Part shown: piece by piece, positions 1 through 10,000 of the stretch | How the letters are laid out: each line of letters starts with the position of its first letter | How positions within the stretch are numbered: the first letter of the stretch is position 1 | Assembly (NCBI GenBank): GCA_963803435.1 | Contig: CAWDML010000003.1 | Span: 192,001-256,000 of the forward strand | Reading direction: 5' to 3' | DNA length: 64,000 bases | From: an uncultured delta proteobacterium | GTDB taxonomy: Bacteria > Myxococcota > Kuafuiibacteriia > Kuafuiibacteriales > Kuafuiibacteriaceae | Translations under genes and position numbers: made by a program | Notes under the pieces: model-generated | The model's database searches: none | The model's input: the letters and a program-made list of their open reading frames with translations, nothing else | What the model was told of the DNA's origin: nothing

Positions 1-337
1 CCTCATGGAGGTGGAGTGCCTCGCGAGCTGCGGGTCCGGCCCGGTGCTCAAGGTCGGCGAGGACTACTACGAGCAGCTCACGGCCGAGGCCCTCGACGCG
101 CTGATCGAGCGCTTCAAGAAGGAGTCACCCTCGCTGGGCGGGAAGCCGTACATCTGCAAGAACAACAAGCCGCACACGGGTCCAGTGCCCGGCTTCGAGT
201 CGCGGCTCCCGGTGCTCCAGCCGAACGCCGCACCCGCAGCGGCTGCACCTTCGCCCCCCGGGCTGCCGTCCTTCGACGCGCCCAAGCCGAAGAAGAGCGA
301 GCCCGTCAAGGACGAGACCCCGGGAGGCAAGGCGTGA
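1..337 (+). CDS. nuoE: NADH-quinone oxidoreductase subunit E, 3' part (start lies outside the window), with Pro/Ala-rich C-terminal extension
   Basis: EVECLASCGSGP matches the NuoE 2Fe-2S C-terminal CxxxC motif; stop overlaps the nuoF start (GTGA). Confidence 0.88.
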   Translation, partial: LMEVECLASCGSGPVLKVGEDYYEQLTAEALDALIERFKKESPSLGGKPYICKNNKPHTGPVPGFESRLPVLQPNAAPAAAAPSPPGLPSFDAPKPKKSEPVKDETPGGKA

Positions 338-1668
338 GCGCACCGATCATCGAGCCCAAGGAGCGCGTGTTCTCGCGGAACTGGGGCGTGGCCAATAGCT
401 GGAAGCTCGAGACGTTCCGCAAGCACGGCGGTTACGAGGCGCTCAAGAAGGCGCTCGGGATGACGGAGGAGGAGATCATCAAGGTGGTCTCCGACTCGAA
501 CATCCGCGGCCGTGGCGGCGCCGGCTTTCCCGCCGGCCGCAAGTGGAGCTTCGTCCCCAAGGACTCGCCCAAGCCGCGCTACGTCTGCGTGAACGCCGAC
601 GAGTCGGAGCCGGGCACGTTCAAAGATCGCTACATCCTCGAGCTCGATCCTCACATGCTGATCGAGGGCACCGCCATCGCGTGCCTCGCGATCAAGGCCC
701 AGCAGAGCTACATCTACGTGCGCGGCGAGTTCGGGCTGGCGTATCACCGGATCACGGCCGCGATCGACGACGCCTACCAGGCCGGGATCCTGGGCGACAA
801 CGTGATGGGCTCGGGTAAGCGGCTGCACATGGCCGTCCACCGCGGCGCGGGGGCGTACATCTGCGGCGAGGAGACGGCGCTCCTGAACTCGCTCGAGGGC
901 AAGAAGGGCCAGCCGCGCCTCAAGCCTCCGTTCCCGGCCGTGGAGGGCCTGTTCCGCTGCCCGACCATCGTCAACAACGTCGAGACCCTGGCGGCGGTCG
1001 GCCCGATCCTCACGCGAGGCGCCGACTGGTGGAGGTCGCTGTCGTTCACGGCGGCCGAGGGCGGGACCAAGCTGGTGGGCGTGTCGGGCCACGTGGCCTC
1101 GCCCGGCGTGTACGAGGTCCCGGGCGGACTCACGCTCCGCCAGGTGATCTACGACGTCGCCGGCGGCATGCGGAGCAAGGACAAGCCGCTCAAGGCGGTC
1201 ATCCCGGGCGGCGCGTCGTGTCCGATCCTGAAGCCTGAGCAGATCGACGTCAGCTACGACTTCGACGCCCTCAAGACGGTCGGCTCGCTGATGGGCACCG
1301 GCTGCCCCACCGTCATCGAGGAGGGCACCTGCATCGTCCGGCTCCTCAAGCGCGTCGAGCGCTTCTACGCCCACGAGTCGTGCGGACAGTGCACGCCCTG
1401 CCGCGAGGGCGGCGACTGGCTCTACAAGATCCTCACACGCATCGAGGCTGGCGCCGCGAGCGAGGAGGACTGCGACAAGATCGAGTCGATCGCGTCGAAG
1501 ATCGAGGGCCACACCATCTGCCCGTTCGGAGAGGCGCTCTCCTGGCCTGCGCGCAGCTACTTCAAGCAGTTCCGCGAGGAGTTCCTGGAGCACGCGCGCC
1601 TCGGCCGGTGCCCCTACGGCCCCATCCCGGTGGCGCCCGTGAAGATGTCGGGCGTGCTGCCCGCGTGA
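334..1668 (+). CDS. nuoF: NADH-quinone oxidoreductase subunit F
   Basis: RGRGGAGFP, NADESEPGTFKDR, GAGAYICGEETAL and ESCGQCTPCREG motifs; GTG start at 334 coupled to the nuoE stop. Confidence 0.97.
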   Translation: MSAPIIEPKERVFSRNWGVANSWKLETFRKHGGYEALKKALGMTEEEIIKVVSDSNIRGRGGAGFPAGRKWSFVPKDSPKPRYVCVNADESEPGTFKDRYILELDPHMLIEGTAIACLAIKAQQSYIYVRGEFGLAYHRITAAIDDAYQAGILGDNVMGSGKRLHMAVHRGAGAYICGEETALLNSLEGKKGQPRLKPPFPAVEGLFRCPTIVNNVETLAAVGPILTRGADWWRSLSFTAAEGGTKLVGVSGHVASPGVYEVPGGLTLRQVIYDVAGGMRSKDKPLKAVIPGGASCPILKPEQIDVSYDFDALKTVGSLMGTGCPTVIEEGTCIVRLLKRVERFYAHESCGQCTPCREGGDWLYKILTRIEAGAASEEDCDKIESIASKIEGHTICPFGEALSWPARSYFKQFREEFLEHARLGRCPYGPIPVAPVKMSGVLPA

Positions 1669-1672
1669 GGAC

Positions 1673-2203
1673 ATGCAAGTGGGGTTGACACCGGAAATCC
1701 TGCTCTTCGCGCTGTTCGCCGTGGTGTCGGTGATCTCGGCGCTCGGCGTGGTCGTGATCCGCGATCCCGTCAAGGCAGCCATGTCCTTGATCGCGTGCTT
1801 CTTCAGCCTGGCTTGCCTCTACCTGCTCCAGTCGGCCGAGCTCATCGCCGTCCTCGAGGTCCTGGTCTACGCCGGCGCGATCATGGTGCTGTTCGTCTTC
1901 GTGATCATGCTGGTGGAGCACAAGGACGCTCCGGTCATCGGCTCCGCGCTGGTGACCAGGGTGGCGGCCCCGATCAAGGTCGCCGCCGTCTGCGCGGTGG
2001 CCTACGCCCTGATCAGCCTGATCCGCCGGTCGCTCCCGGCGCTGGCCGGCAGCGAGTCCCTCCCCGAAGGCTTCGGATCGGTGGCGTCGATCGGACGCAC
2101 GTTCTTCAACGACGGCTTCCTGTTCCACTTCGAGCTCACCAGCCTCCTCCTCTTGGTCGGCATCGTGGGCGCGGTGATCGTGTCGAAACGGAGGAAGAGC
2201 TGA
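1673..2203 (+). CDS. nuoJ: NADH-quinone oxidoreductase subunit J
   Basis: Hydrophobic protein with [16 protein letters not shown] and [15 protein letters not shown] motifs. Confidence 0.95.
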   Translation: MQVGLTPEILLFALFAVVSVISALGVVVIRDPVKAAMSLIACFFSLACLYLLQSAELIAVLEVLVYAGAIMVLFVFVIMLVEHKDAPVIGSALVTRVAAPIKVAAVCAVAYALISLIRRSLPALAGSESLPEGFGSVASIGRTFFNDGFLFHFELTSLLLLVGIVGAVIVSKRRKS

Positions 2204-2517
2204 TGGCGACGCCGACCATCCCGATCCAGTACTACCTGTACCTGGCGACCATCCTCTTCACGATCGGCGCGATCGGCGTGCTGATCCGGCGCAACGCGAT
2301 CGTGATCTTCATGTGCATCGAGCTGATGCTGAACGCGGCCAACCTGGTGTTCATCACCTTCGCCCGCCACCACGCGGATCAGGCGGGCCAGATCTACGTG
2401 TTTCTGGTGATGGCGGTGGCGGCGGCTGAGGTCGCCGTCGGTCTGGCGATCATCATCGCCGTGTTCCGCGAGCGGAGGTCGATCTACGTCGACGAGCTCC
2501 GCGACATGCACGGCTGA
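2203..2517 (+). CDS. nuoK: NADH-quinone oxidoreductase subunit K
   Basis: [19 protein letters not shown] and [11 protein letters not shown] motifs; ATG overlaps the nuoJ stop. Confidence 0.96.
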   Translation: MATPTIPIQYYLYLATILFTIGAIGVLIRRNAIVIFMCIELMLNAANLVFITFARHHADQAGQIYVFLVMAVAAAEVAVGLAIIIAVFRERRSIYVDELRDMHG

Positions 2518-2520
2518 GCC

Positions 2521-3642
2521 TCAGCGCTTCGCCAGCTTCTTCGCCTCGGCCTCGGCCTCCGCCCGGCTCTTCGCCGCCAGCTTGCGGGCGCGCTTCGCCT
2601 CCTCGCGGCGCTTCTGATCCTGCGCCCACAGCTCGAGGTAGTCGCGGGCGCCGTCGTGGAGCGGAGGCTCGTCGGGCAGCGGCCGGGAACGCAGATACTC
2701 GGCGCGCTCCGCGATCGACTCGACGACCGTGCTCACGCGCCCGGCGAGCTCGGGCGGTTCGATGTCTGCGGCCTCCGGCTCCACGGCCCGGAGCTCCTCG
2801 GCCAGACGATCGAGGTGCTCGAGCGGAAAATGGAGCCGCCGCCGTCGCAGGATGTCCTCGGCGAGGTTGGTCAGGCGCTTGTCGTCGAAGTCGTACTTCG
2901 CGATCAGCTCCAGCGTCACCAGCCGGATCGCGCGGGCCGGAAGCGTACCGTCGAGATAGAGGACGATCGCGGTTTGCAGGTGGTTGTAGATCGGGACGAC
3001 CAGCGGGAAGTAGGGCACGAACGAGAGCGGGGGGGTGTGCTGATCGAGGTGGATGATCACCCGGCGGACCGGATCCTCACGCACCACGGCTTCGCGCGTC
3101 GTCTGAATCTCTTCGATCTGCTCCCGGTAGCACCCGGTCAGCCGCAGGATGTCGGCCAGCGCCTGGTTGGACACGCGCCCGGCCAGGAGGTCGGCGTAGA
3201 GCGCGTAGATGAAGGCGTCGCTCTCGGCGTCGTCCCCGAAGAGGGTCTCGTCGGTTCCGATGGGCGCCTCGGAGCGCCCGATCAGGAGCTGGCTGAGCTT
3301 GTAGCCGACCTGGTTGCGGACGGCCCGGAAGCGCCCTCGCAGGATGTGCCGCAGCGTCGGTTTCAGGACGAAGCCGTCGGGGATGAAGCCGTCCAGGGCG
3401 AACTTCCGCTCGATGACGGGTCGCAGCTGCTGCGGCGATCCCGAGATGAAGTAGATGAGGTGCGGCAGGTCGCGATCGCCCGAGTCGCGGATGGCATGGA
3501 TCAGCGCCGCCGAGCCGGGAATGTTCTCCCGCTCCTCTGCGCTCAAACGGGCGGTTCGGACCAGATCCTGAACCGTATCGAAGTCCGTCTTCAGGTAGGT
3601 CTTGTCCAGGTCCCACCGGAAGATGTGGCGGAAGCGAGGCAC
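2521..3642 (-). CDS. HAD-like phosphatase domain protein (App1/DUF2183-like)
   Basis: WDLDKT (DxD), ISGSP and FGDDAESD motifs; GTG at 3642 chosen because TATACT lies 9 nt upstream. Confidence 0.65.
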   Translation of the reverse strand: MPRFRHIFRWDLDKTYLKTDFDTVQDLVRTARLSAEERENIPGSAALIHAIRDSGDRDLPHLIYFISGSPQQLRPVIERKFALDGFIPDGFVLKPTLRHILRGRFRAVRNQVGYKLSQLLIGRSEAPIGTDETLFGDDAESDAFIYALYADLLAGRVSNQALADILRLTGCYREQIEEIQTTREAVVREDPVRRVIIHLDQHTPPLSFVPYFPLVVPIYNHLQTAIVLYLDGTLPARAIRLVTLELIAKYDFDDKRLTNLAEDILRRRRLHFPLEHLDRLAEELRAVEPEAADIEPPELAGRVSTVVESIAERAEYLRSRPLPDEPPLHDGARDYLELWAQDQKRREEAKRARKLAAKSRAEAEAEAKKLAKR

Positions 3643-3706
3643 GGGGCGCCGAGTATACCTACGGATGTGCTTGGCAGATCCAGGAGAGATCCCTAGGTTG
3701 GCCGGG

Positions 3707-5233
3707 TTGGATCGGAAGCTCCTGTCGGATCTCGCGGCGCTGCGTGCGGCAGAGCGCGGAGAGGGCGTGCGCATGCGGCACGCACCGCTGGCGATGGGGC
3801 TCCTCTACCCGAGCCCGTACCGAGTCGCGATGTCGAGCCTCGGCTACCTGTCGATCCATCGGATGATCAACGCGCGACTCGACACGTACTGCGAGCGTGC
3901 CGTGTTGCCGGAGGATCCCGACGCATGGCAGGCCTCGCGGACGCCGCTGGTGACCATCGAATCGCAGCGCCCCGTCTCCGAGCTGGACATCCTCGGCATC
4001 TCCCACGCCTACGAGCTCGAATCGACGGGCATCGTCACGCTCTTCGACCTGTGCGGCCTCGAGTCGTTCGCGAGCGATCGCAGCGAGCACGATCCGCTGG
4101 TCGTGCTCGGCGGTCCGATCACCTTCTCGAACCCGCTGCCGGCCGCGCCGTTCGCCGACGTCGTTCTCCTCGGTGAGGGCGAAGAGACGATCCATCAGCT
4201 GCTCGATCGGGCCGTCGAACGACCGCCGCGGCGTCGGCTGCTCGAGGAGCTGGCCTCGCTCCCCGGCTTCTACGTGCCGGCGCTCCACGGCGACCGGCTC
4301 CCCCCGATCGCGCAGGCCGCCGATCACCTGCTCCCGGCCGTGTCCGCGATCCGCACCCCGAACACCGAGCTCTCCGACATGGTGCTGATCGAGCCGGAGC
4401 GCGGCTGCCACCGAGGCTGCACGTTCTGTGTGATGCGGCGGTCGACCAACGGAGGCATGCGGCTGGTCCCGCCGGCGCGCGTGAGCGAGCTCGTCCCCGA
4501 TGATGCGGAGCGCGTCGGTCTGGTGGGCGCGGCCGTCACGGATCATCCTCAGATCCGCGAGATTCTCCACGAGCTGGTGGACGTTCGCGGCAAGCGAATC
4601 GGGATCAGCAGCCTCCGGGCCGACCGCCTCGACGACGAGCTCGTCGGCCTGCTCGCCCGCGGCGGCTACCGATCGATGACGGTGGCCCTGGACGCGCCCA
4701 GCGTCCGGCTGCGCGACGCCATCGAGAAGAACCTGAAGAACCGCCACGTCGAGCGGGCCGCCGAGCTGGCCCGACTCCACGGAATGCGGCATCTCAAGCT
4801 CTACGTGATCGTCGGTCTGCCGGACGAGACCGACGGCGACCTCCAGGAGCTGATCGACTTCTCCTTGTCCCTTCGGCGCATCCTCCCGGTCGTGCTGGCG
4901 GTCTCTCCCTTCATCCCCAAGTTCCACACGCCGCTCGCCGGCGCCGACTTCATGGGGGAGGCACGCACGCAGGCTGTCTTGACGAAGCTCCGCCGGGCGC
5001 TCGCCGGAAAGGTGGAGCTCCGCGGTCCCGGCGCGCGGGAGGCCTACGTCGAGTATCGGCTGGCGCAGGGCGGCCGAGAGCACGCGAAGGCCGCCGTCGC
5101 CGCCGCGCGCAACGGCGCCTCGCTGGCCGCCTGGGTTCGCGCGCTCCGCGACCTGCCGGAGCGCGCGCGTCCGGAGAACTTCGGGGAGATGATCCCGCTG
5201 CCGACGGCGCGGAGGCGATACCGCGTCGCCTGA
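3707..5233 (+). CDS. Radical SAM protein with B12-binding-like N-terminal domain
   Basis: RGCHRGCTFC (CxxxCxxC), YPSPYRVAMSSLG, KLYVIVGLPDET and PFIPKFHTP; TTG start at 3707 inferred from TAGGTT 7 nt upstream. Confidence 0.85.
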   Translation: MDRKLLSDLAALRAAERGEGVRMRHAPLAMGLLYPSPYRVAMSSLGYLSIHRMINARLDTYCERAVLPEDPDAWQASRTPLVTIESQRPVSELDILGISHAYELESTGIVTLFDLCGLESFASDRSEHDPLVVLGGPITFSNPLPAAPFADVVLLGEGEETIHQLLDRAVERPPRRRLLEELASLPGFYVPALHGDRLPPIAQAADHLLPAVSAIRTPNTELSDMVLIEPERGCHRGCTFCVMRRSTNGGMRLVPPARVSELVPDDAERVGLVGAAVTDHPQIREILHELVDVRGKRIGISSLRADRLDDELVGLLARGGYRSMTVALDAPSVRLRDAIEKNLKNRHVERAAELARLHGMRHLKLYVIVGLPDETDGDLQELIDFSLSLRRILPVVLAVSPFIPKFHTPLAGADFMGEARTQAVLTKLRRALAGKVELRGPGAREAYVEYRLAQGGREHAKAAVAAARNGASLAAWVRALRDLPERARPENFGEMIPLPTARRRYRVA

Positions 5234-5243
5234 TGCGCGAGCG

Positions 5244-5783
5244 CTACGACCCGCCCTTCTGCTGGCTGGGCGCGGTACCCTGGATCGCCTGCCACATCAG
5301 CTCGTGGGCCTGCGCGATCTTCTGAAGCGAGCGCACCATCTGAGCATCGGAGCTGGTGAGCTCCAGGCTGGCGCCGTTGTTCGTGCGCTCGTAGGTGAAC
5401 GTCGGCCGTGAAGGATCGGTGCTCTGATTGTGCGCCTCCCACATGAGCTGATCCGCCTGCGCGAGCTTCTGAAGCCGCTGAGCGGTGTCCGGGTTCTGCG
5501 AGGTCAGCTCGATTACCACACCGTTGTCCACGTTGCGGCTGTGGACCTGCGCGTCCGGCGCGACCATCCGGAGGACCATCAGATCCTGCATGGGCATGCC
5601 CATACCCATACCCATACCCATCATATTCCCGTGGCGCATCATGCCGCGTCGCATCGGGGTGGTCTGATTTTGTGGGGTCGGATTTTTCTTCGGCGTGCTG
5701 CTCTGCGCGGTCGCGTCGTGCGCGGACACCGCCAGGCCCGCCGCCAGGAGCGAGCACACTGTGAGATTCCATCGGGTCTTCAT
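5244..5783 (-). CDS. Secreted Met/Gly-rich protein with two internal repeats (possible metal-binding)
   Basis: Sec-type signal peptide; MMGMGMGMGMPM tract; repeats NGVVIELTSQNPDTAQRLQKLAQADQLMW and NGASLELTSSDAQMVRSLQKIAQAHELMW. Confidence 0.7.
   Translation of the reverse strand: MKTRWNLTVCSLLAAGLAVSAHDATAQSSTPKKNPTPQNQTTPMRRGMMRHGNMMGMGMGMGMPMQDLMVLRMVAPDAQVHSRNVDNGVVIELTSQNPDTAQRLQKLAQADQLMWEAHNQSTDPSRPTFTYERTNNGASLELTSSDAQMVRSLQKIAQAHELMWQAIQGTAPSQQKGGS
5599..5621. repeat. Hexamer tandem repeat (CCCATA)x~4 encoding (MG)n
   Basis: Directly visible in the sequence. Confidence 0.85.
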
Positions 5784-5894
5784 GCGCGACGAAGGAAGCA
5801 GGCCGCATGCCGGCCAGACGACTCTCCGTCTCGAGAGCGCGCGCGAACACGGACGTCTCAGGGGTGTCGTGGCGACGCGGCGTGCAAGCGCGAT

Positions 5895-6944
5895 TCAGAG
5901 GACGGGGATGCAGATCCCGGACGGCCCGCAGTAGGACGTCGGCCCGCACTCGCTCGAGCTCTGGCAGGTTCCACCGTCGCCCCCGCCGGTGGTCGGATCG
6001 GGGCCGCCGGTCCCGCTGCCGCCGTCGGGATCCATCGAATCCGGGATGCCGTCGCCGTCCGCATCACCCGGAACGCCGGTCCCGCTGCCCCCGTCGGGAT
6101 CCATCGAATCCGGGATGCCGTCGCCGTCCGCATCGCCCGGGACGCCGATGCCGTCTCCGCCGCCCGGGTTCGTGGGATCGAGCATCCCGTGGTCCGGCCC
6201 GCCGTTGCCGTCGTGGCCGCCGTTGCTGGGATCGCCGGGATCCATCGTGCCGTCGTCCGGCCCGCCGTTGCCGCCGCTCCCGTCGCCGGGATCATTGGGA
6301 TCCATGGTGCCGTCGCCGCCGTCCGGCGGGGTCATGCCGTCGTCGCAGCCGACGCCCGTCGAGGTGCCGCCGGCGCGGATCACCGGTCGCAGGATCCAGA
6401 GATCCTCATGACCCGTCGGGTGCACGTGGATCGACTTCTTTCGATCGAGATCGAGCGTGACGCTGGTGAGCGAGCACTCGTCGAGATTCCACGGTCCCTG
6501 GATCTTGATCCCGCTCTGCATGCCCGAGGGCACCTTCAGCGGTACCTGCGAGCCGTCCGCCGTCAGCGTCACGTAGGGCGCCGACGCGTCGAGCACGTGG
6601 AGGCGGATCTGCGTGATCTTGCCCGCCGGCAGATCGCCGAACCCGAGGGCCACGGCCGAGTCCCCGAGCCGCAAGATGTCGACGGTCACCGGCGTCTCGG
6701 ACACGGTCACCCAGCCTCCGGCGGCATGGGCCGTGACGCGATCCACGTCGACGATGACCTCGCTCAGGTCGCCCGCGCTGCCCTTCCCGTTGATCTGGAC
6801 CGGGGTCGAGGACATCAGCCCGACCGACATCCGCGCGTATCCCGGCGCCATCGGTCCGTCGAGCTCGGGGTGCGTCGTCGAGCTGGTGCCGCCGCACCCC
6901 AACAGCCCGCCAACGAGGAGTCCGAGAACAGGTCTTCGCCTCAT
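5895..6944 (-). CDS. Lipoprotein with DUF4382-like domain, Gly/Asp-rich Ca-binding-like repeats and Cys-rich C-terminus
   Basis: Lipobox LLGC; LPAGKITQIRL, LKVPSGMQSGIKI and WILRPVI motifs; DADGDGIPDSMDP x2. Confidence 0.75.
   Translation of the reverse strand: MRRRPVLGLLVGGLLGCGGTSSTTHPELDGPMAPGYARMSVGLMSSTPVQINGKGSAGDLSEVIVDVDRVTAHAAGGWVTVSETPVTVDILRLGDSAVALGFGDLPAGKITQIRLHVLDASAPYVTLTADGSQVPLKVPSGMQSGIKIQGPWNLDECSLTSVTLDLDRKKSIHVHPTGHEDLWILRPVIRAGGTSTGVGCDDGMTPPDGGDGTMDPNDPGDGSGGNGGPDDGTMDPGDPSNGGHDGNGGPDHGMLDPTNPGGGDGIGVPGDADGDGIPDSMDPDGGSGTGVPGDADGDGIPDSMDPDGGSGTGGPDPTTGGGDGGTCQSSSECGPTSYCGPSGICIPVL
6005..6147. repeat. 69-bp in-frame direct repeat (2 copies) encoding GVPGDADGDGIPDSMDPDGGSGT
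   Basis: Near-identical units start at 6005 and 6074. Confidence 0.9.
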
Positions 6945-7082
6945 GGCGCTGATTGCTGGCAGGAAGCAGACCAGCCGAGATCATTCAAATCCCATCGGAT
7001 TGGCCCCCCGGCCGTCCAACCTGCGGGTCGCGGATTGATCCCCGGCGGCACATCCCGTGGCGCGTGCCGATCGCTGAGAGGC

Positions 7083-10000
7083 GTGCCAGTCTCACCTCGC
7101 GTGCTGCAACGCCTCGCCCGCTTCTACGAGCTGTCGCCCGTCCGTGCACGGTCGCTGCTGCGTTCGGGCGTATTCTTCTTCGCCTTCGTCTGCGGGGTCA
7201 CGGTCTTCAAGAGCGCCACCAACGCCATCTTCCTGGCCCATCGCGATCCGTCGGAGCTGCCGTACCTCTACCTCGCCACCGCCGTCGCGATCACGCTGGT
7301 GACGGTCTATGTCGGTGACCGACTCACAACCGCCTCCGCCAAGCCGGTCCTCAAGGCCGCCGTGCTGGTCGCCTCCGCGATCATCTTCGGCCTCTCGCTC
7401 CTGGCGGCCCTCGAGGTGCGGGCGACGCTGCCGGTGCTCTACGTCGCCGGCGAGGTCTACGCGACCACGATCTCGGTCCTCTTCTGGGCGCGCCTCGGCG
7501 AGGTCTTCGACGTCCGGACCGCCAAGCGCGTCTTCGGCGCGATCGGCGCCGCCGGGATGGGCGGAGCCGTCACCGGCGGGCTGCTGGTGCGCGCGCTCTC
7601 GAGCTACGTCCCCGGCGTCGGCTGGTGCTTCCTCTCCGCGCTGACGCTGCTCTTGATCCGCCCCCTCCTCGGCGCCGAGCGCGGCACGGGCGCCATCAAT
7701 CGCCCCGAGATCCAGTTCCGCGAGGGCCTCGCCTACGCCGCCGTCGACCGTTTTCCGCGTGGCGTTGGCCTGCTCGTCCTGCTGCTGGCGGTCCAGACCG
7801 CGGCCGTCGACTTCGCGTTCCGCACCGGCGCCGTCCGCTTCGAGGGCAGCGACGAGTCCGCGCTGGTGGCGCTGTTCGGATCGCTCCACGTTCTCGTGGG
7901 CATCGGCGCGATCGTGTTTCAGATGCTCTTCACGAGCGCGCTCTTGCGCCGCCTCGGCGTGTTCGTCTTCCTCTCGATCATCCCGATCGTCTCGATCATC
8001 ACCGGCGGCTGGGCGTTGCTGGTGCCCTCGATGTTCTTCCCGCTCTTCCTGTTGAAGACGTTCGAGATGATGGGGAGCCTCTCGCTCTACCAGCCCGGCC
8101 TGCAGCTGCTCTACAACCCGATGCCGAACGCCATGCGCGACTCGGTCCGGGCGGTCGTCGACGGCGCGGTCAAGAAGCTCGGCGGGGCGGTGGGCGGAGC
8201 GCTGCTGATCCTGTTCGGCGCGCAGGTGGTCGAGAAAGAGATCCTCGGCCTGGTCCTGGGCCTCGCCCTGGTGCTCCTGATCTGGATCCGGCGGCTCCGC
8301 AAGGGCTACCTGTCCGCGCTCGAGGCCAAGCTGGGGGCCCGGGGAGGGCAGGTGATGCCGATGATCGACCTCAGCGATCGATCCACGCGCGAGCGCCTCC
8401 TCGCCACGCTCGAGGCCGACGAGCCCAACAAGGTGCTGGCGGCGTTGTCCGTCCTCGTGCGCGAGAAGACGCTCGACCTGAAGCCGTACTTCGAGACCCT
8501 GATCGCCCACCCCTCGGAGAGCGTCCGGCTTCGCGCGATCGAGCTGATCACCGAGGCGCCCGATCCCGCCTATGCGCCTCTCCTGGTGGCAGCGATCGCG
8601 CGCGAAGAGCGCCGCCCGAAGGCCCAGGCGGCGCGGGCGCTCGAGCTGGTGGATCGGGAGAAGGCCGTCGAGGTGATGGCGCCGGTCCTCAGCGCGCCGG
8701 CCGGGACGCACGACGTCGGCTTGGTGTGCGCGGCGATCAAGGTCTGCCTCTCCTCGGGCGGTCCGCGGTCGATCGTCGAGCTGGGTGAGATCGCGCTCGA
8801 GCAGATGTTCGCCCAGGGGCGCAGCGGGCCGGCCGGGCAGCGCCGGGAGATCGCACGTCTCCTGGGTCTGCTCGGGCCCAACCGGTACGCGCCGCATCTC
8901 ATCACGTATCTCGACGATCCGGAGCCGTCGGTCCGGAAGCTCGCCGTCGAGAGCGCCCGCGCCGTCCGGGATCCGGTGCTGGCGCCCAAGCTGATCACCA
9001 TGCTCGCCGATCGGCGGCTCCGCCGTACGGTCCGCGACGCGCTCGCCTCCTACGGCGAGGCCGTGGTGGAGCTGCTCCGCGAGATGCTGGACGACCGCAC
9101 GCTCCCCGTCGAGCTGCGCGTCCACATCCCGATGGTGCTCCGCCAGATCGGTACCGGCGCGGCCGCCGAAGCGATGCTCTACTCGAACGTCCACGATGAC
9201 GCCTTCCTCCGCTACGTCATCGTTCGCTCGCTGAGTCGGCTGCGCCGCGAGCGGCCCGAGGTCGTGTTCGACCGGCGGCGCGCCGAGGAAGCCGCCATGC
9301 GGCGCCTCAAGGCCTTCGTCCACTATCGCCCGCTCGCGGCCGATCTGGCAGTGGGCGGTGCCTCGTACAATCTGGTCCGCCGCGCGGTGGAGGATCGCAT
9401 CCGCCAGAACCTGGAGGCGGGTCTCTTGATCCTCGGCCTCACCTACGACCAGCACGCGATGGTCAACGCTGCCCGCGGCCTCCTCCAGGGCAGCTACGCC
9501 GACGCCGTCGAGCTGGTCGACGTCGCGCTCCAGGGCAGCGACATTCGCAATCAGGTGCTCCCGCTCCTGGAGCGCGAGTCACCGTCGTCATCGCCCGAGC
9601 GCGCCCGGGAGCGGGCTTTCTCGCTCGTCGAAGGTCGCGACATCCAGGTCGCGATGATCGCGTGGGAGACGCTCAATCGTCTCGGCGAAGATCCGCCGGA
9701 CGTCCGCGAACCCACGCTGGGAGAACCGCTCATGCCGAAGTCGATCGTCGATCGTGTATTCGTCCTCGAGGGCGTCCAGCTCTTCCACGGCCTCTCGGTC
9801 GACGACCTCGCCGCCGTCGCTGCCATCACCACGGAGGGGCACGCCGCCGGAGGCGAGATCATCTACCGCCAGAACGACCCCGGCGACTCCATGTACATCA
9901 TCGCCTCCGGGGAGGTCCGCCTGCTGAAGGACGGCCAGCCGCTGATGGATCTCTACGCCGGCGACTCGTTCGGACAGGTGTCGATCCTCGATCACGGCCC

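Noticed and set aside
3707-5783. Radical SAM plus Met-rich small protein as a RiPP cluster
   Set aside because: The genes are convergent, the enzyme has no SPASM or RRE features, and the small protein has a Sec signal.
6005-6147. Direct repeats as a possible CRISPR array
   Set aside because: Two in-frame coding repeats without unique spacers; no cas genes in the window.
5430-7082. N-terminal 550 aa of the 1595-aa ORF
   Set aside because: Antisense shadow of two real minus-strand genes; the transporter sequence begins near 7083.
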